Shown: positions 61,293-64,000 of the stretch, in pieces | Layout: every line of letters starts with the position of its first letter | Position numbering within the stretch: position 1 is the first letter of the stretch | Source of the DNA: Ruditapes philippinarum | Taxonomy: Eukaryota | Assembly: GCF_026571515.1 (NCBI RefSeq) | Contig: NW_026861602.1 | Span: 248,001 to 312,000, forward strand | Direction: 5' to 3' | DNA: 64,000 nt | Made by a program: the position numbers and the translations under genes | The notes under the pieces: model-generated | Told to the model about the DNA's origin: nothing | The model's input: only the letters and a program-made list of their open reading frames with translations | Database searches by the model: none

Positions 61293-61362
61293 TTATTTTT
61301 CACAGGTATGACTTATTTATAAAATCGCACTTCCGTTTCCACTAATTAAAATATCCCCCTCG
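60241..61362 (+). mobile_element. decayed mariner element; only the right TIR is recognisable
   Basis: ...ccgtttccactaattaaaatatccccctcg|TA at 61362; no matching left TIR seen. Confidence 0.75.
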
Positions 61363-62641
61363 TATCTTGATTAAGTAATAATAAAAACACCTAATATAAG
61401 AATTAACAAGAATGTCTAAATTTTTTAAAGACGAAATTTTAAGTTATTAATCCCAATAAATTTTAATGGAGTGCCTTTAAATGAACCCTTAGCATGCAGG
61501 TGACAACATATACCTCCATCCCTAAAACTGACGTATGGCCTTGTCTAGATTGAAATATGGATATGTCAATTAAAATATTAGCATTGTTACAATTTAGAGG
61601 TTGAATGTATGGGAGTCGTGTGTTTATTGTGTTTTTATCGAATATTCTATGATATTTAAATATTTTTAGATATCATACTTACGGAAGCGTATCAGGGCCT
61701 ACAGTTGGTGCGATGTTTTGCGCTAAATCGACTTATTTTTATTCGCATTGATAAGATGTTTTTGCATTTCTCAATAAAACTTGCTAACAAAGATGAGAAA
61801 CTTTTAGGCATTGCAACTGATTTTTTCTCGATATGTAGGTAATAATCTCTGAAAAGATGAAATAAAGAGTATATCATTGTATTATAACGTTCGTAACGCG
61901 ATAGAAGTATTGGGTGTTAAAAAGGTAAATTTATAATTTTTAAAAATAAAATGCAAATTATCAGCTGATTTGGGATTTTATATATTTGTACATACACATA
62001 ACTATTTAATACACATTGCGTTACTGTAATATCTTTCTGTAAATTGTTTTACTTGTTACTTTAAGAATCTAATTTATTTTGATATTGTACGTTGATTTTT
62101 ATTTGGATAGCACTACCATTTATTTTATCAATACAACCGCTGTAAAATAATAAATTTATTTCCATTTTTCCTCAAATTGATGAATTGTGCAATTTTATAA
62201 TTTGGTTATAAAGATATTTGGTTAGGTTATATATCCGTAAATGAAAAGATGTTTGCATATATAACCCTCACCCAGCGACTCGTGTTATATAAACTTATAA
62301 CCGTTTATACCTGGTCATATAACCTGTCAAAAAAATCAAAAATCTATTTAACCAATTACAAATAATATCATTACTATTGCTACTTATTATAAAGGGTCCA
62401 ATGATTTTATTTTTATTTAATTTTTTTTTTTACTGCAAGTCATAATAGTTTATGCTTTATATTTTAGTTGCCGTGATTGCACTTCATTACTATTTACATA
62501 CGATTAAAACCTGTTTGTCAAGTGGATTTTTTTAAAAAGAGCCTTTTCATTTGGGTATATTAATGTAAGTGTATAGGAGTGTTTAAATAGGCAAGTTAAT
62601 TTGAACAAGACCTAGGCTACCTGTCAACTCAATTCATTATT

Positions 62642-62878
62642 TGAGCCGCGTCACAACAAAACCAACATAGTGGGTTTGAGACCAGCATGGATCCAGACCA
62701 GCCTGCGCATCCGCGCAGTCTGATCAGGATCCATGCTGTTCGCTTACAGACCCTATAACAAGTAGAGAAACTGAAAGCGAACAGCATGGATCCTGATCAG
62801 ACTGCGCGGAGGCGCAGGCTGGTCTGGATCCATGCTGGTCGCAAACCCATCATGTTGGTTTTGTCGTGACGCGGCTCA
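62642..62878 (-). mobile_element. palindromic MITE (TGAGCC family), copy 5
   Basis: Full length; ATT on both flanks; spacer orientation as in copy 2. Confidence 0.92.
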
Positions 62879-64000
62879 ATTAAAGATATAGAGACGTAGC
62901 AATGTATTTCACTTCCGATTTATTTTCTGCACTTTAGTTAAACATACACTCTTGCACTTTAAGATTGTTAAGGAAATAGTAACCAAAACAGTACAAGATT
63001 GAAACACTGTCTTACAAAATGCATCATAATCTATACATTTATACTTAGATATTAAACTGTGTATAAAATTTTAAATCAAAGGCCTCGTATTTCTGATTGA
63101 AAAGCTCATGAATTATTTCTAGAATGTATCGAGTTACAAAAGAAATCAATTTACATTGTGAAAATATAGATAAAATGGGCCAGGTTTAAGGTCCGTTCAT
63201 TTGACACAAAAATAACCCATACGGTGTTACTTTATATCTATTTATGGTAGTAGTGAATACCTGAGACGACCAGGCGTTCAATATATCAATTGGTTTAAGC
63301 CAAACATCGTTATTGATTTCAGTTGAAGTAATGTAGGAACGGATAGTTTCGTGTCAAGTCCGTTGATTCTACGATATCTTTTACACCTACCGTCTTTATA
63401 TATCGTCATTTAAATGCAATTTTTTAACCGTTAAAGAGTAATTTTGTGTAATATTGCGGTTTATATTTAATTATTTTGTAATACTTTTAACAGTAAGGTG
63501 TTTACACTGTTTTTAAAAGAGGAATTATCTACTGTTGGTAAATAACCTATATATCTAGACGTATTAAAAATGTGATGTAGGTGAAAGGTGTTATATGTAA
63601 ATGGACATAAAGTTACATTCTTGATTAAAACATGAAGGATTTGGGTAGCGGCCGGCGGTCTGCTTTGAAGCAACATCGTTATAATGACGTAACTAGTAGT
63701 AAGTAAATCATATTTTTATATTTTTTATAAGAGAGATTCATATATATATATAAGATTTAGTTTAACTATATTTTTATTACTTTTTTCTTTCTATACAAAA
63801 AATACCTAAGACATAAGTTTACAGTATTTAAATAACCATATACTGTAGTTGTTTATAAAAGAAAAAAATTCGGGCCACATGTTTAACAGCGTTAGAAAGT
63901 TTGCACTTCCAGTACTTTCTCAGTTTTTTTATTTAATAGATGTACATAAAGTCTGATGTATTTTAAGTGTTCAATAAATGGTATACATGATCAATCAATC

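Noticed and set aside
58200-64000. A second protein-coding gene downstream
   Set aside because: No recognisable exons or homology apart from the mariner remnant; short ORFs have AT-rich random composition. Small exons cannot be excluded.

Overview
AT-rich, intron-rich animal genomic DNA, most likely a bivalve mollusc (inferred from the repeat families). The window holds the last 25 coding exons of a + strand RasGRF1/2 orthologue (1085..45724; 3807 nt of GT-AG spliced CDS that stays in frame to a TGA stop; IQ-DH-PH2-split REM-CDC25 domains). The N-terminal PH1/coiled-coil exons lie upstream of the window. Introns and the 3' flank contain private minisatellites, Helentron-type non-autonomous elements (HINE/pearl-like) with 139-166 bp satellite cores (one nested in another), five copies of a 237 bp palindromic MITE, mariner-, pogo-, hAT-like and TTAA-flanked MITEs, tRNA-derived SINEs and a decayed mariner transposase. 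The most unusual signal is tandem amplification of the gene's own splice junctions: exon 18 has about 13 upstream copies of its acceptor, those translated leading to an in-frame stop, and 3 downstream copies of its donor region; the exon 16 donor is the first unit of a 29 bp array whose copies have lost the GT. Exons are numbered within the window. Exon coordinates were counted by hand; repeat boundaries are approximate.
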